A stretch of 64,000 nucleotides of DNA from an uncultured Acidobacteriota bacterium (GCA_963710945.1 CAVQCH010000004.1:11774-75773); one strand, 5' to 3'. Counted from the stretch's first letter, positions 1 to 12,419 are shown. The notes: generated by a model from the letters alone, not told the origin. Translations and numbers: made by a program.

Positions 1-1000
1 CCACGGCACGACTTCGTCGAGCATCGCGTCGAGGCCGGTCGTCGCCTCGAACCCGAGCACCCGGCGGGCCTTGGCGGTGTCGGGAATCCGCCGCGCCACG
101 TCGTGCGGATAGGGAGGATCGCTCTCGAAGCGAAAGGGTTTCGCCGCGGGTCCCGCGCCGTGGACCTTCTCCCAGACGAGCCGGGCGAGCTCGAGCACGG
201 TCGTCGCCGTCGGAGTCGAGAGGTTGAAGTCTTCGCCGAGGGCGGCGGGATGGAAGATCGCGTCGGCGATGCCGTGGGCGAGATCGCCGCCGTAGGTGTA
301 GCAGCGGACCTGGTCTCCGGAGCCCAGGATGCGCAGCGGATCCTGCCCTTTCAGGACCTTCTGGACGAGATCCGGGACGACGTGGCTCATGGCCAGCCGG
401 ACGTTGCCGCTCGGGATCTCCTTGCCGCCGAGGGCGCGGCTCTCGCCGACGCCCACGCAGTTGAACGGCCGGCAGATCGTGTACGGAAGCCCGTACTGCT
501 CGCGGGCGCCGCGCGCGAAATACTCGCAGGCGAGCTTCTGGAAGCCGTAGGTGCTGGACGGCGGCGGGCAATCGCGCAGGTGCTCTTCGGGCGTCGGGAA
601 GACCGTGGCGTTTTCGAAGACCATGCTGCTCGAGAGCACGGTGATCTTGACCAGGCGCCCGCGGCCGAACGCCGCGATCGCCGCGTCGAAGCTCGCCGCG
701 ATGATCCGCTCGTTCTCGGCCAGCAGGTCGTAGGCGTACTCGTGGAAGTACGAGATGCCGCCGATCCGCGCGGCGCCCGCCACGAAGTGGTCGCAATCCG
801 CGGCGAGCTCGCGTGAGCAGCGCCGCGTCCCGGGCGTCGCCCTCGACGAAGGTGTAGCCCGGGTGGCGCTGGTAGCTCTTCTCCACCGGGCCGTACTTCG
901 AGTAGTTGTCGACGCCGACGACCTCGTGCCCCCGCTCGAGAAGCTCCTGGACGAGGTACCCGGCGATGAATCCGGCCGAGCCCGTGACGAGGATCTTCAA
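1..1000 (-). CDS. NAD-dependent epimerase/dehydratase (extended SDR); runs off left edge, frameshift near 810
   Basis: Manual minus-strand translation from TTG at 1000: MKILVTGSAGFIAGYLVQELLERGHEVVGVDNYS (GxxGxxA Rossmann motif), with catalytic YGFQK near 550. TTGA overlap with the upstream gene's stop. Confidence 0.85.
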   Translation of the reverse strand, partial: MKILVTGSAGFIAGYLVQELLERGHEVVGVDNYSKYGPVEKSYQRHPGYTFVEGDARDAALLTRARRGLRPLRGGRRADRRHLVLPRVRLRPAGRERADHRGELRRGDRGVRPRAPGQDHRALEQHGLRKRHGLPDARRAPARLPAAVQHLRLPEARLRVFRARRPRAVRASVHDLPAVQLRGRRREPRPRRQGDPERQRPAGHEPRRPGSRPEGPERAGSAAHPGLRRPGPLLHLRRRSRPRHRRRDLPSRRPRRRLQPLDSDGDDRARARPARLGEGPRRGTRGETLSLRERSSLSARRGAADSRHRQGPPGARVRGDDRPRRDARRSRAV

Positions 1001-2198
1001 CGGCGGGCGCTCTCGATCCAGTTCCAGACGTCGAAGACGGCCTTGCCCTCCGGGATCCGGAGGTCCCGGTACGCGCGGTGCGGCGTCGCGAGAAACAGAA
1101 CGTCGGCCTCCCGGATCACCTGCTCGACCGGGACGAGCGAGCGGATCGGACACGTACGGATCGGTGCAGAGGACCTTGCGCGTCTCGAGCGTCAGCAGGT
1201 TGCGCAGCTTGTAGCTCAGGGAATCGCGGGCGTCGTCGCTCTCCGCCTTGAACGCCATGCCGAGGACGCCGGCGACCTTGCCGGAGAGATCCATGTCGCG
1301 GCGCGCGAACTCCACGAGCCGGGCCGGCAGGCCCTCGTTGACCAGCATGGCGGAGTGCCCGAGCGGAAACGAGTTCTGGCTGAACGCCGCGAGCTGCATC
1401 GTGTCCTTGACCAGGCAGGGTCCCGCCGCCAGGCCCGGCCCCGGCATGCCGGCCATGCGCGGATAGTTGTGGCGGCAGCCGTGGAGGATTCGCTCGAAGT
1501 CGAGGCCGTGCTCCGTGGCGATCATGTAGAACTGGTTCACGGTCGCGAACTGGATGTAACGGGCCAGGCGTTCGTCATCAGCTTGCAGAGCTCGGCCTCC
1601 ATCGGCGTCATCTCGACGAATTCGCTGGACGAAGCGCCCGAAGAGGCCTCGCACGGCTTCGACGACGTCTCGGGTCGAAGGCGCTCATGATCTGCGGCAG
1701 CTGGCGGAACTCGCGCAGGCTGTGGCCCTGGGCGACGCGCTCGGGGCAGAACGCCACCGGGATCTCGAGCCCCCGCTCCTCGAGGCCCTTCTGCACGTGC
1801 TCGCTGATGCCCGGAAAGACCGTGCTGCGCAGGATGAGGATCTGGCCGTCGCGCAGGTGCGCGGCGCATGCCTCGATCGCGCGGTCGATGGCGGCGAAGC
1901 TCGGCGTCAGGTGCTCGTCGACCGGCGTGCCGATGACGAGCACGAGAAAGCGGCACTCGCTCATCCGCTCCGGCGTCTGGCTGACGTCGAGCATGCCCGC
2001 CGCGAGGACCTTTTCGAGGAGCTCCTGCGCTCCCTCCTCCGCGAACGGCATGGTCCCCCGGCGGATCGTCTCGACCGTCCTCCCGTTCGTGTCGTACACG
2101 ACGGTGCGCAGGCCCGATTCGGCGAACGTCAGCGCGAGCGGCAGGCCGACGTGCCCGCCGCCGCCGATGACGCAGACGTCGCGCGCAAACGCGGTCAT
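997..2198 (-). CDS. Nucleotide-sugar dehydrogenase (UDP-glucose/GDP-mannose/UDP-ManNAc dehydrogenase family), frameshifted
   Basis: N-terminal VIGGGGHVGLPLA, ILRSTVFPG, FCPERV, AELCKLMTN; downstream GPCLVKD and GMAFKAESDD in other frames; stop TGA at 997-999. Confidence 0.88.
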
Positions 2199-2299
2199 GC
2201 CGGGATGCGGCCGGAATACCGAAGCGGACGGAGGTTTCGCCCGAGGCCGCAGCGATGCTTCACTGGGTCAACATCTTAGCGCGGACGGGCGCTTCGCGC

Positions 2300-4013
2300 T
2301 CACCGGCGGAACCCGACGAGGAAGCGCGGCGTCTGGCGCCTCGGAGCGCCCGCGGCCCGGAACGGCTCGAGCCGGTAGTTCTCCTCGATCCACTCGCGGA
2401 TGCTCCGCCCGTAGTCCTCGCCGAACAGGCCGCGGTCGTACTCGCTCACCGGCCGCCGCCAGAGCACGATCGCCGCGGGGCGCGCGCGCGCGAGCTCCGC
2501 GAGAACCGCCGGCTCGTTCGCCGCCGACAGATAGCCCGGCAGGTAGAGCTGGTGCCGGATCGGGTTGGAGCGCCCGGCGAGGAAGTTCAGGACTTCGCCT
2601 TCGGGAAAGACGACGAGGCCGTCGCCCTCTCGCGTGCCCTCGCGCACGGACCGCGCCAGCCCTTCGATTTCGCGCGCCGTCTCGGCGCTCGCCGAGAGCA
2701 TGCCGGAGGTCCCCGGCACGGGCACCGCCTCGATCGACGCGTAGTACCAGGCCCGGCCCGCGAACGCGGCGACGACGAGAACCGCGATCGTCCAGCGAAA
2801 CGCGGCGCCGAGCCGCTCGCGCGCGCCGGCGGCGCCCCCGGCCGCGACCGCGACGTGGAGCAGTCCCGCCGCGCAGACGAAGGCGAAGAGAAGCGGCGGG
2901 CCCACGTACGCGGAGTCGCCGATGTGAAAGAGACGGCGATACGAGAGAAGCGCGCCCATCAGGCCGCAGGCCGCGAGGGCGGCGGCCGGCGACCCGCGCC
3001 GCCGCCGGAGCCCGACGCCGGCGCCCGCGGCGCACACGAGAGGCGCCGCGCTGAAGAGGACCGCGCCGCCGGCGCCGCCGAGAACCGCCGTGAGGGCGAG
3101 AAGCGCCAGGGCGACCGCCAGAGCCGCGGGAAGCGCGCGGGATCGCCGTGCCGGCCGCGCGAACCACGCCACGAGCAGGAAGAGGCCGGTCCACATGGCC
3201 GCGGAGTAGACGAGCTCGAGCGCCCCGCTCTTCCAGTCGCGCACGCCCGAGAACGCCACGAGAAAGTGGCGCGTTTCGGGCGGAAGCCCGGTGAGGAGCA
3301 CGTGGCCGTCGCCCAGCACTGCAGCGGCCCCCGCCCTCCAGACGAAGTATCCGAGGCCGGCCGCGAACGTCGCCGCGCCGCCCGCCCCGACGAGGAGCGC
3401 GTCCCGGACGCCGGCGGCGCGCCGGCGAGGACGCCAGAGCGACGCCAGCATCGCTCCCGCGGCGGCGGCCAGCCCCCACTCGGTACGGCAGAGGCCCGCG
3501 AGCCCGGCACACGCCCCGGCGGCGAGCATCCACGGCGCGCGCCGGCGCCAGCCGCCGGAAGACGCGAGGGCAACGGCCGCGAGAGCGAACCCGGCCGCGT
3601 GCCAGATGCGGTATCCCATCCCGAGCAGCGCTCCCCCGGCGTTCGGCATGAATACGAGGGCGGGAATCGCGAGAGCCGTCCACAGGAAGGCGTCCCGGCG
3701 TCCCGCGACGCGCCGGATCACCGCGTGGAAAGCCGCGAGCACGCCCGCCGCCGCGACGGCGCCGGCGATCACGAGTGGCCGCAAAGCCGGAGCCGAAGGC
3801 CGCGAGAAACGCCGCCTGGAAGTACGGCGTGAAGGGGCCGAACCAGTAGACGACGTCGCGATAGAGGAGCGCGCCCCGCGAGAGAGAGTCCGGCACGATC
3901 CACTCGCGCCCCGAGTCGATGAGCGCGTCGGACCACCGGCCGCGGGACACGACGAAGAGAACGCCGGTCGCCGCGGCGACCAGGAGGGCGCCGAGCGCGG
4001 CGCGGCGCCTCAC
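2300..4013 (-). CDS. Polytopic membrane protein, probable GT-C-type (ArnT/PMT-like) glycosyltransferase; frameshift near 3790
   Basis: N-terminal TM followed by DSGRE...LLYRDVVYWFGP, about 10 hydrophobic segments and a soluble C-terminal domain; next to nucleotide-sugar genes. Confidence 0.55.
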
Positions 4014-4084
4014 GTCACGACCGCCGGCTTGTCGAACCAGCGGCTTCGAGGATCGGGAGCTCGGGCCGGAAGACGAGCAGCGCG

Positions 4085-5355
4085 TCAGCGGCCATCCAGC
4101 CGGACTCCGTGCTTGTAGACCTGCGCGATCCGCCGTACGTTCTTCACGTCGAGGAGCGGGTCCGCCGTGAGCACCACGAAGTCGGCCTGCTTGCCGGCCT
4201 CGAGGGTCCCGGCGTTGCCGTCGATCGCGAGCGAGCGCGCCGCGGTCTGCGTGGCGGACCGGATCGCCTCGACGGGCGGGAATGCCGGCCTTGACGAAGA
4301 GGTCGAGCTCGACGGAGACGGCGAGCCCGGGGAAGGCCCACATGTCCGTCCCGAGGGCGACGGGAACTCCCTCTCCGTGGAGCCGGCGCAGGTTTTCGCG
4401 CAGGGCCGGCAGCCGGCTCTTCACGTTCGCGAAATTCGGATACCTCTCCCGGTAGCCGGCCGAGTACCCGGCCGAACGGAGGCGCGCGACCGTCTCCTTC
4501 GGGAGACCGGCCGCCGCCAGCGGATCCGAGAGCACCCCGTCCACGAACCCGCGCGCGTCGGCCAGGAACTCGAAGACGTCCATCGTCGGGATGTAGTAGA
4601 TCGGGCGGCGTCTTCATCTTTCCGACGATCTCCGCGGGAATCGGCTCGAGGACCCCGTGCGCCAGCGCCGTCGCCCGGGACGCGATCGCCGCCTCGGCGT
4701 CGGCCAGTCCGGGGGCGTGGACGGACGCGCGAAGGCTCTGTCGGCGCGCCTCCTCGAGGATCGCCCGCGCGATCGCCGGGTCGACCTTCGGCAGGGCCGG
4801 CAGCGGCGCGCGGCACCAGGCCATGTCGTCGAGCATGAGCTTGATTTCCTGGGCGCCGAGCGCCCTCGCCTTGCGGACCGCCGCGCGGGCCTCCTCGGGC
4901 GTCGCGGGAAAGCGATCGAGGTTGGCGTCGGGAGGCTCTCCCCGGCCCCACCAGCCGCCCTTCGTGGTGAAGATGGGACCGCTCGGGAAGACGTCCGGCA
5001 TGCCCGACCCCGGCCGCACCGCGCGCGCGCCGAGCGCCCGAGCCGCGGCGACATCCTCGGCCATCAGGCGCACGGACGTGACGCCCCAGCGCAGCATCTG
5101 CCGCAGGTCCTCGTCGGACTCCGCGTGGACGTGCGCGTCCACGAACCCCGGCACGATCCACTTGCCGGCGAGCGAAACCGATTGTGCGTCCAGGGCGACG
5201 GCGTCGAGGGCCTCGGGCGTGGCGGTTCCGGCGTAGACGACGCGCCCGTCCGTGACGACCAGGAGCGCGTCGGGTATGGCCGGCGCGCCCGTCCCGTCGA
5301 CGAGCGTGGCGCCCCGGAACGCGACCGTGGTGGCAAACAGGATGGCGGCCTTCAC
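4085..5355 (-). CDS. Amidohydrolase family protein (metal-dependent), frameshifted
   Basis: PGFVDAHVH (HxH), SVHA, LAHG, ALGTD, and C-terminal [13 protein letters not shown] in a shifted frame; stop at 4085-4087. Confidence 0.85.
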
Positions 5356-5388
5356 TGCTCGGACGTCGAAGCGCAGACGGCGGCGAGC

Positions 5389-6793
5389 CTACTTCGCGTC
5401 GAGCGCGTGCTCCTTTTCGCGCTCTTCTTCTTCGACCTCGACCGGGTAGATCCCCGTGAAGCAGGCCGTGCAGGTGGCCTGCTGGGGCCGCCCGAAGGCC
5501 TCGAGCATCCCCTCGACCGAGAGGTAGCCGAGGCTGTCCGCGTCGATGAACTTGCGGATCTCCTCGACGGACTGGTTCGCCGCGATGAGCTCGCCCCGGG
5601 TCGGCGTGTCGATGCCGTAGTGGCAGGTGTTCATCGTCGGCGGCGACGAGACGCGCACGTGGACCTCGGTCGCGCCGGCCTCGCGGATCATCTTCACGAT
5701 CTTGCGGGAGGTCGTCCCGCGCACGATCGAGTCGTCCACGAGCACGACCCGCTTGCCCTCGACGACCTCGCGGACGGGATTGAGCTTGACCTTCACGCCG
5801 AAGTGGCGAATCGCCTGCTTGGGCTCGATGAACGTGCGCCCCACGTAGTGGTTGCGGACGAGGCCGAGCGCGAACGGGATGCCCGACTCCTCGGCGAAGC
5901 CGAGGGCGGCGTACATCCCCGAGTCGGGGACCGGGACCACGACGTCGGCCTGCGCGGGATGCTCGCGCGCGAGCTTGCGGCCGAACCCCTGGCGCGACGA
6001 CGCGACGCTGCGTCCGAAGACCTTCGAGTCCGGCCGCGCGAAGTACACGTGCTCGAAGACGCAGGGCGTCGAGATCGGGAAGGCGAAGCGGTGCGACGTG
6101 AACCCCTCGCGCGAGAGGTGCACGATCTCGCCGGGCTCGACGTCGCGCTCGTAGCGGGCCCCGATGAGGTCGAAGGCGCAGGTCTCGGAAGCGACGACCG
6201 GGGAGCCCTCCCGGATGCCGAGCGACAGGGGGCGGATCCCGTTCGGGTCGCGGGCCGCGAAGATCCCTTCGCGGGACAGGATGACCAGCGAATACGCCCC
6301 CCGCACCTCCAGCAGCGCCTCGGCGATCGCGCCGGCGAGCGTGGCGGCCTGGGAGTGGGCGATCAGGTGGACGATGACCTCGGAGTCCGAGGTCGTGGTG
6401 AAGAGCGCGCCCTTGGCCTCGAGGACCGCCCGGATCTCCCGGGCATTGACCAGATTGCCGTTGTGCGCGAGGCCGAGCGGGCCCCGCCCCGTGGCGAAAA
6501 CGATGGGCTGGGCGTTGGCCAGCAGCGAGGCGCCGGCCGTCGAGTACCGCACGTGACCGATGGCCGTGCGGCCCGGCAGGCGCGACAGGCGCGCCTCGCC
6601 GAAGACGTCGGCGACGTAGCCCATCTCGCGCTCGACGTGGATCTCGCCCCCCGTCGAGCGAGGCGATCCCGGCCGACTCCTGGCCCCGGTGCTGCAGGGC
6701 GTAGAGGCCGAGGTAGGCGAGATTGGCGGCATCCTCCGAGTCGCAGACGCCAAAGACGCCGCACTCGTCGGAGAAGCCGCTCCGGTAGCCCAT
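5389..6793 (-). CDS. purF: Amidophosphoribosyltransferase; frameshift near 6655
   Basis: Propeptide then [63 protein letters not shown]. Confidence 0.97.
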
Positions 6794-6881
6794 TGGAAGA
6801 CAATCTTAACACTCGAGTCACGCGACTTAATCCCGACCGCCCGTCCCGTAATCCGGGCGGGCGGCGGCTCGTCAAATCGAC

Positions 6882-8456
6882 GTGATGGTCACGCGAAGAG
6901 TCCGACTCGCCGCTTTGTTCGGGGCCGCCGTCGCGGGAGCCGTCGTCGCGGCGCCGACGGACCCGGCGGCGACCGGCGAGCTCACGCCGCGGCAGCAGGC
7001 CGAGCACGTCCTGAATCGCCTCGCCTTCGGACCCCGCCCGCACGACGTGGACCGCGTCCTTGCCGTCGGCGTGGACGCGTGGATCGAGCGGCAGCTCCAT
7101 CCCGCGCGGATCCCGGACGCCGCCGTCGAGGCGGAGCTCGCGAAGCTGCCCACGCTCCGGATGCCCAACGCCGAGCTCATGGCGCGCTTCGATGCGCCGG
7201 TGCGCGAGGCGAAGAAGAAGCTCAAGGCCGAAAAAGCGGCCGCCGGCGGCGACGGCACCGCGCCGGGAGCCGACGATCTCGCCCGGCTCGGCGAGCTCGT
7301 GCCGCCCGAAAGCCGGCCCAGGCGCATCCGCGAGGACCTGACCGCGGCGCGGATCCTCCGCGCGTCGGACTCGGAGCGGCAGTTGAACGAGGTCCTCGTC
7401 GACTTCTGGATGAACCACTTCAACGTCTACGCCAACAAGGGCGAGGACCGGATCTTCATCGGCTCCTTCGAGCGCGACACGATCCGGCCGCGCATCTGGG
7501 GAAAGTTCGAGGACCTGCTGCTCGCGACCGCGCAGTCGCCAGCCATGCTCTTCTACCTCGACAACGCGCGATCGGTGGCCGACGAGGAGCATCGGCCGTC
7601 CGTGCCGGGCCGGAACGGGGCGTTCGTGCGCGCTGCTTCGGTGAAGGCTCCCCGGGGGCTCAACGAGAACTACGCCCGCGAGCTCATGGAGCTGCACACC
7701 CTCGGCGTGGACGGCGGCTACACGCAGAGGGACGTCACCGAGCTCGCCCGCGTGCTGACGGGGTGGTCCATCGGCCTGCCGCGCGGCGCGGAGGAGCCGG
7801 GCATGCGGCGAGCCGCCCGCCGGATGTACGCGCAGGACGGGGAACCGGGCGGCTTCGTCTTTCGCGCCCGGATGCACGACGTCGGCGAGAAGACGGTCCT
7901 CGGCCGCCGTTTCCCCGCCGGTGGCGGGATCGAGGAGGGCGAAGCGGCGATCCGGATGCTCGCGCGGCAGCCCGCGACGGCGCGCCACATCGCCTTCGCG
8001 CTCTGCCAGCGCCTGGTGGCCGACGAGCCGCCGGCGTCTCTCGTCGAGCGGGTCACGCAGCGCTTTCTCGCGACGGGCGGCGACCTGACCGAGACCGTCC
8101 GCGCCGTCGTCGTGAGCGCCGAGTTCTTCGACCCGCGGTACTACCGGGCGAAGGTCAAGTCGCCGTTCGAATACGCGGTATCCGCGGTCCGCGCGACCGG
8201 GGGCACGACCGACGGCCGCGCGATCGCCCGGGCCATCGGCGAGATGGGCGAGCCGCTCTATCTCTGCCAGCCGCCGACGGGCTACGCCGACACGGCTGGG
8301 GCCTGGGTCAACACGGGCACTCTCATCGCGCGCCTCAACTTCGCCCTCGCGCTCACCGGGGGCCGCATCCCCGGCACGGCGGCCGACCCGGTCGTCCTGG
8401 CCGCCAACCCGAACGCGTCGGCCGACATCGGCGGCCCGGAGTTCCAGAAGCAATGA
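6882..8456 (+). CDS. DUF1800 domain-containing secreted protein
   Basis: Signal peptide; HVLNRLAFGPRP, FWMNHFNV, AMLFYLDN, NENYARELMELHTLG, KVKSPFE, PEFQKQ end. Confidence 0.9.
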   Translation: MMVTRRVRLAALFGAAVAGAVVAAPTDPAATGELTPRQQAEHVLNRLAFGPRPHDVDRVLAVGVDAWIERQLHPARIPDAAVEAELAKLPTLRMPNAELMARFDAPVREAKKKLKAEKAAAGGDGTAPGADDLARLGELVPPESRPRRIREDLTAARILRASDSERQLNEVLVDFWMNHFNVYANKGEDRIFIGSFERDTIRPRIWGKFEDLLLATAQSPAMLFYLDNARSVADEEHRPSVPGRNGAFVRAASVKAPRGLNENYARELMELHTLGVDGGYTQRDVTELARVLTGWSIGLPRGAEEPGMRRAARRMYAQDGEPGGFVFRARMHDVGEKTVLGRRFPAGGGIEEGEAAIRMLARQPATARHIAFALCQRLVADEPPASLVERVTQRFLATGGDLTETVRAVVVSAEFFDPRYYRAKVKSPFEYAVSAVRATGGTTDGRAIARAIGEMGEPLYLCQPPTGYADTAGAWVNTGTLIARLNFALALTGGRIPGTAADPVVLAANPNASADIGGPEFQKQ

Positions 8457-9697
8457 ACGCCCCGGCCTCGTTCGACCGGCGTCTCTTTCTCAAGTCCTCC
8501 GGGCTCGCGCTCGTGGCCGGAGGCCTCCTCCCCAACGTCTTCGTCCGGATGGCCGAGGCGGGCACGCCCGGAAAACGCGTCCTCGTCGCGATCTTCCAGC
8601 GCGGCGCCGTGGACGGCCTGAACGTGCTCGTGCCGTTCGGGGAGCGCACTTACTACGACGCGCGGCCGACGATCGCCGTTCCCCGCCCCGGCTCGGGCCC
8701 GAAGTCGGCGCTCGACCTCGACGGGTTCTTCGGCCTGCACCCCTCGCTTGCGCCGCTTCTCCCGCTCTTCCGCGACCGCTCCGCCGCCTTCGTCCACGCG
8801 GTCGGGAGCCCCGACGCCACCCGTTCGCACTTCGACGCCCAGGACTTCATGGAGTCGGGAACGCCCGGCCTGAAGTCCACGTCGGACGGTTTCCTCTGCC
8901 GCGCCCTGGCGGAGCGAAAGCCGGACAAGCCGTCGCCCCTGCGCGCGGTGGCGATGTCGCCCGGAATGCCGCGCATCCTCTCCGGGTCGGCGGGAGCCGT
9001 CGCCATGACGAGCCTTGCCGACTTCGGCATTCGCGACGGCGCCGCGAGCGACGGCGCCGCCCGCACGCTCGAATCCCTCTACGGAGAGAGCGCCGGGCCG
9101 CTCCACGCCACGGCGCAGGAATCGTTCGACGCGGTGCGAATCCTGCGCGCCGCCGACCCGGGGCGGACCGGGCCGGACAACGGCGCCGACTACCCGCGCG
9201 GCTCCTTCGGCCAGTCGCTCAAGCAGATCGCGCAGCTCATCAAGGCGGACGTGGGCCTCGAGATCGCGTTCACCGACGTCGGCGGCTGGGACACGCACGC
9301 CGGCGAAGAGGGCCTGCTCTCGAATCGGCTGCGCGAGTTCGGCCTCGCGATCGCGGCGTTCGCGAGGGACCTCGGGTCGCGGATGGACGACGTCACGCTC
9401 GTGACCATGTCCGAGTTCGGCCGGACGGTGAAGGAGAACGGCAACCGGGGCACCGACCACGGGCACGCCAACGTGATGCTGCTCCTGGGCGGCGGCGTGC
9501 GCGGCGGCAAGGTCTACGGCCGCTGGCCGGGTCTCGACGCCTCGCACCTCTACGAGAACCGGGACCTCGCGGTGACCACCGACTTCCGCGACGTCTTCGC
9601 CGAGGCGCTCGCGCAGCGCATGGGCGTGGCGGACCTCGCTCCCGTCTTTCCCGGCTACCCGTGCGCGCCCGAAAAGCGGCCGGGCATCATCGCCTGA
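8453..9697 (+). CDS. DUF1501 domain-containing protein with Tat signal
   Basis: ATGA overlap with DUF1800; FDRRLFLK twin-arginine motif, FQRGAVDGLN, RSHFDAQ, GGWDTH, SEFGRT, GTDHG. Confidence 0.9.
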   Translation: MNAPASFDRRLFLKSSGLALVAGGLLPNVFVRMAEAGTPGKRVLVAIFQRGAVDGLNVLVPFGERTYYDARPTIAVPRPGSGPKSALDLDGFFGLHPSLAPLLPLFRDRSAAFVHAVGSPDATRSHFDAQDFMESGTPGLKSTSDGFLCRALAERKPDKPSPLRAVAMSPGMPRILSGSAGAVAMTSLADFGIRDGAASDGAARTLESLYGESAGPLHATAQESFDAVRILRAADPGRTGPDNGADYPRGSFGQSLKQIAQLIKADVGLEIAFTDVGGWDTHAGEEGLLSNRLREFGLAIAAFARDLGSRMDDVTLVTMSEFGRTVKENGNRGTDHGHANVMLLLGGGVRGGKVYGRWPGLDASHLYENRDLAVTTDFRDVFAEALAQRMGVADLAPVFPGYPCAPEKRPGIIA

Positions 9698-9749
9698 CCC
9701 CGAGCGGCCGTTGCAGATCTCCGACTTCCCGGAACCGCCGACGGCCGCG

Positions 9750-12419
9750 TCAGCGCGGCGGCAGGTCGATCAGAACGACGTTCGAGTTCTCCCGGATGCG
9801 GTCGAAGAGGATCCGCTTCCCGTCCGGCGACACGTCGAACGACTTGATCTGGAATCCGGGCCGCAGGTTCGTCAGGGCGCGCATGCGGCCCGTCGGGAAA
9901 TCGACTAGCCAGAAGTCCTGCCGCCGGAAGAGGCCCTGCATGACGACCAGCGACTTGCCGTCGGGCAGAAACCGGTAGCGATCGCCGTAGGTGCGGATCC
10001 ACAGCTCCGGAAGCGGGACGGGCTGCCCCTCCGGCGTGACGGCCTTGAGCTGACACACGAGGCCCCGACGCCCTTCGCTGTAGACGATCAGCTCGCCCGT
10101 CGGGCGACCAGACCGGGTTGTGCACCACGCCCTCCACCAGGCGCACGGGCGGGCCGCCGTCGACGGGCACCTTGTAGAGAGGCTTGGCGGTTCCTTCCTC
10201 GGCCGTGACGGCGACCCACTTTCCGTCCGCCGACCAGGAGGGCGAATCCGGAGCGTCGAGCGACGGAGCGAGCTCGCTCACGCCCGGTCCCGTCCGCCGC
10301 CACGACGCGCAGCCGCGAGTGGCCCTGCTTGCCGGATCGGGAAACAGATCCTCCCCGAGTCGGGAGAGATCGCGGCGGCCGAGGCCAGCGCTCCCTCGGA
10401 GGCCTTCCAGAGCTCCGTCGCCGCGCCGTCCTTCCACTTCCAGAGCCCGTCGGCTCCTCCCTTGGAGGAGAGAAAGAGGAGGAAGTCCTTCCCGAATCGC
10501 GGCGCTGCGGCCCGCGTCGTGGGAAGGACGAACGGGGCCGCCGCCGTCTCGTCGGCGATCCCGGCGGTGATCGGAACGCTCCACAGGCCCTGCGTCGGAT
10601 TGGCCACCGTCGCGGCGAGACGGCGCCCGTCCGCGCTGCCCGACACCGAGATGTATTCCTCGAGCCCGAAGCTCAGGCGGCGCGAGTCCCGCCGCTCGAC
10701 GTCGGAGCCGTAGAGATGCGAGCCATCCTCGTCGACCATCGTGTAGATCAGCGTGCGCGGATCGAGAAACACGGGATACGCGATCCGGGCGTGATGCTCG
10801 GTGATTCGCTCGGGTTTCCCGCCGCTCGACGGCACGCGCCAGATGTCCATGTCTCCGATCGTCGGAATGCCGCGGACGAAATACACGAAGCGTCCGTCGG
10901 GCGACCACGTCGGGAAGTGGCAGTGAAAGCCGGGCTTGTCCACGAAGATCTGCCGGCTGTTCGCCCCGTTGCGGTCCGCGACGAAGATCGGGTCGCCCTC
11001 GCCCGCGGTGTGGTACGCCAGCCGCGACCCGTCGGACGACCAGACCGCGGTGACCGCGTTCGCGAGGAGCGGCCGCGCCGCGCCGCCGAGAGTCGGCACG
11101 ATCCAGAGCCCGCTCGGCGACACGCCGCCGCCGGGCAGGGCCTTGCCCGTGACCCGCAGCCAGACCTCGGACGCGTCGGGGGAAAAGCCCACGCTGCGCG
11201 TCTCCTCGTGGAGCAGCTCCGGAAACTGGCCCTTCGTCAGGTTCAGGGCCTGGCCGCTGCCGACCTGGGTGATCCAGGCGTCGAAGGGCGGCCCGTCGCG
11301 ATCCGCGAGAAACGCGACGAACTTGCCGTCCGGCGAGATCGCCGCGTCGAGCTCCGATCCCTCCCAGTCCGTCAGCCGGGAAAAGCGCGCGCCGACCAGC
11401 GGATTCGCGTCGGACGCGCCGGAGCGCCGCCCTCGCCAGACCGTCAGCCCCGCGGCGAGAAGCAGCGCGGCCGCGACCAGCGCCGGTACCCACGCGCCCC
11501 GCCGGGCCCGGCTTGGGCAGGTCGACGGCCGCCAGAACGCCGCTCGTCGCCTCCGAGAGGTGATCGCGCACCGTCGCGAGCTCGCGCCCCAGGTCTTCCG
11601 TCGAGGCGTAGCGGTTGCGCGGGCTCCTTGGCGATGCACCGCTCCACGATCCAGCGCACGGGAGCCGGGATCTTCGCGTTCACCGCTGCGATCGGCTCGG
11701 GCTCTTCCTGGATGATCGCGGCGAGCGTCTGGGGCGCGGATGGCCGGGCAAAGGCGCGACGCCCGGTCGCCATCTCGTAGAGGATCGAGCCGAGCGCGAA
11801 CTGGTCCGACCGGAAGTCCAGCTCCCTTCCGAGCGCCTGCTCGGGCGACATGTATCCGACGGTCCCCATCACGATCCCGGGCTCCGTCGCTCCCGAGACC
11901 GTCGGCGCCTGCGTCTGCTGACCGCCGCTCCCGTCCGGCTGCGTCAGCTTCGCCAGCCCGAAATCCAGGATCTTGACGTGGCCGTCTTCCGTCACCATCA
12001 CGTTCTCGGGCTTGAGGTCCCGGTGCACGATGCCGGCCGCGTGCGCCTTTGCCAGGCCCTCGGCGATCTGCGCGCCGATCTGCAGAACGCGCCGCACCGG
12101 CATCGCGCCGTTCGCGAGCGCCGCCCGCAGCGGCTCCCCGCTCGACGAGCTCCATCGCGATGTAGGACTCGCCGCCGTCCGCGCCGATGTCGTGGATCGT
12201 GACGATGTTCGGATGATTGAGCGACGAGGCCGAGCGCGCTTCCCGCTCGAAGCGCTTCAGGCGCTCCGGGTCGGAGGCGAGCGCGGACGGGAGCACCTTG
12301 ACCGCCACCTCGCGCCCGAGCCGCGTGTCGCGCGCCCGGTACACCTCGCCCATTCCCCCCGCGCCGAGGGGCGACAGGATCTCGTAGGGGCCGAGCCGCG
12401 TGCCCGCTTCAAGAGGCAT
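9750..12419 (-). CDS. Hanks-type Ser/Thr protein kinase with TM helix and TolB/PD40-like beta-propeller; several frameshifts
   Basis: [38 protein letters not shown]; [18 protein letters not shown]; repeated (W/F/I)SPDG motifs. Confidence 0.9.

Noticed and set aside
4016-4096. Short minus-strand ORF ([26 protein letters not shown])
   Set aside because: It is only 26 aa with no motif; it may be a frameshifted start of the membrane protein or noise.
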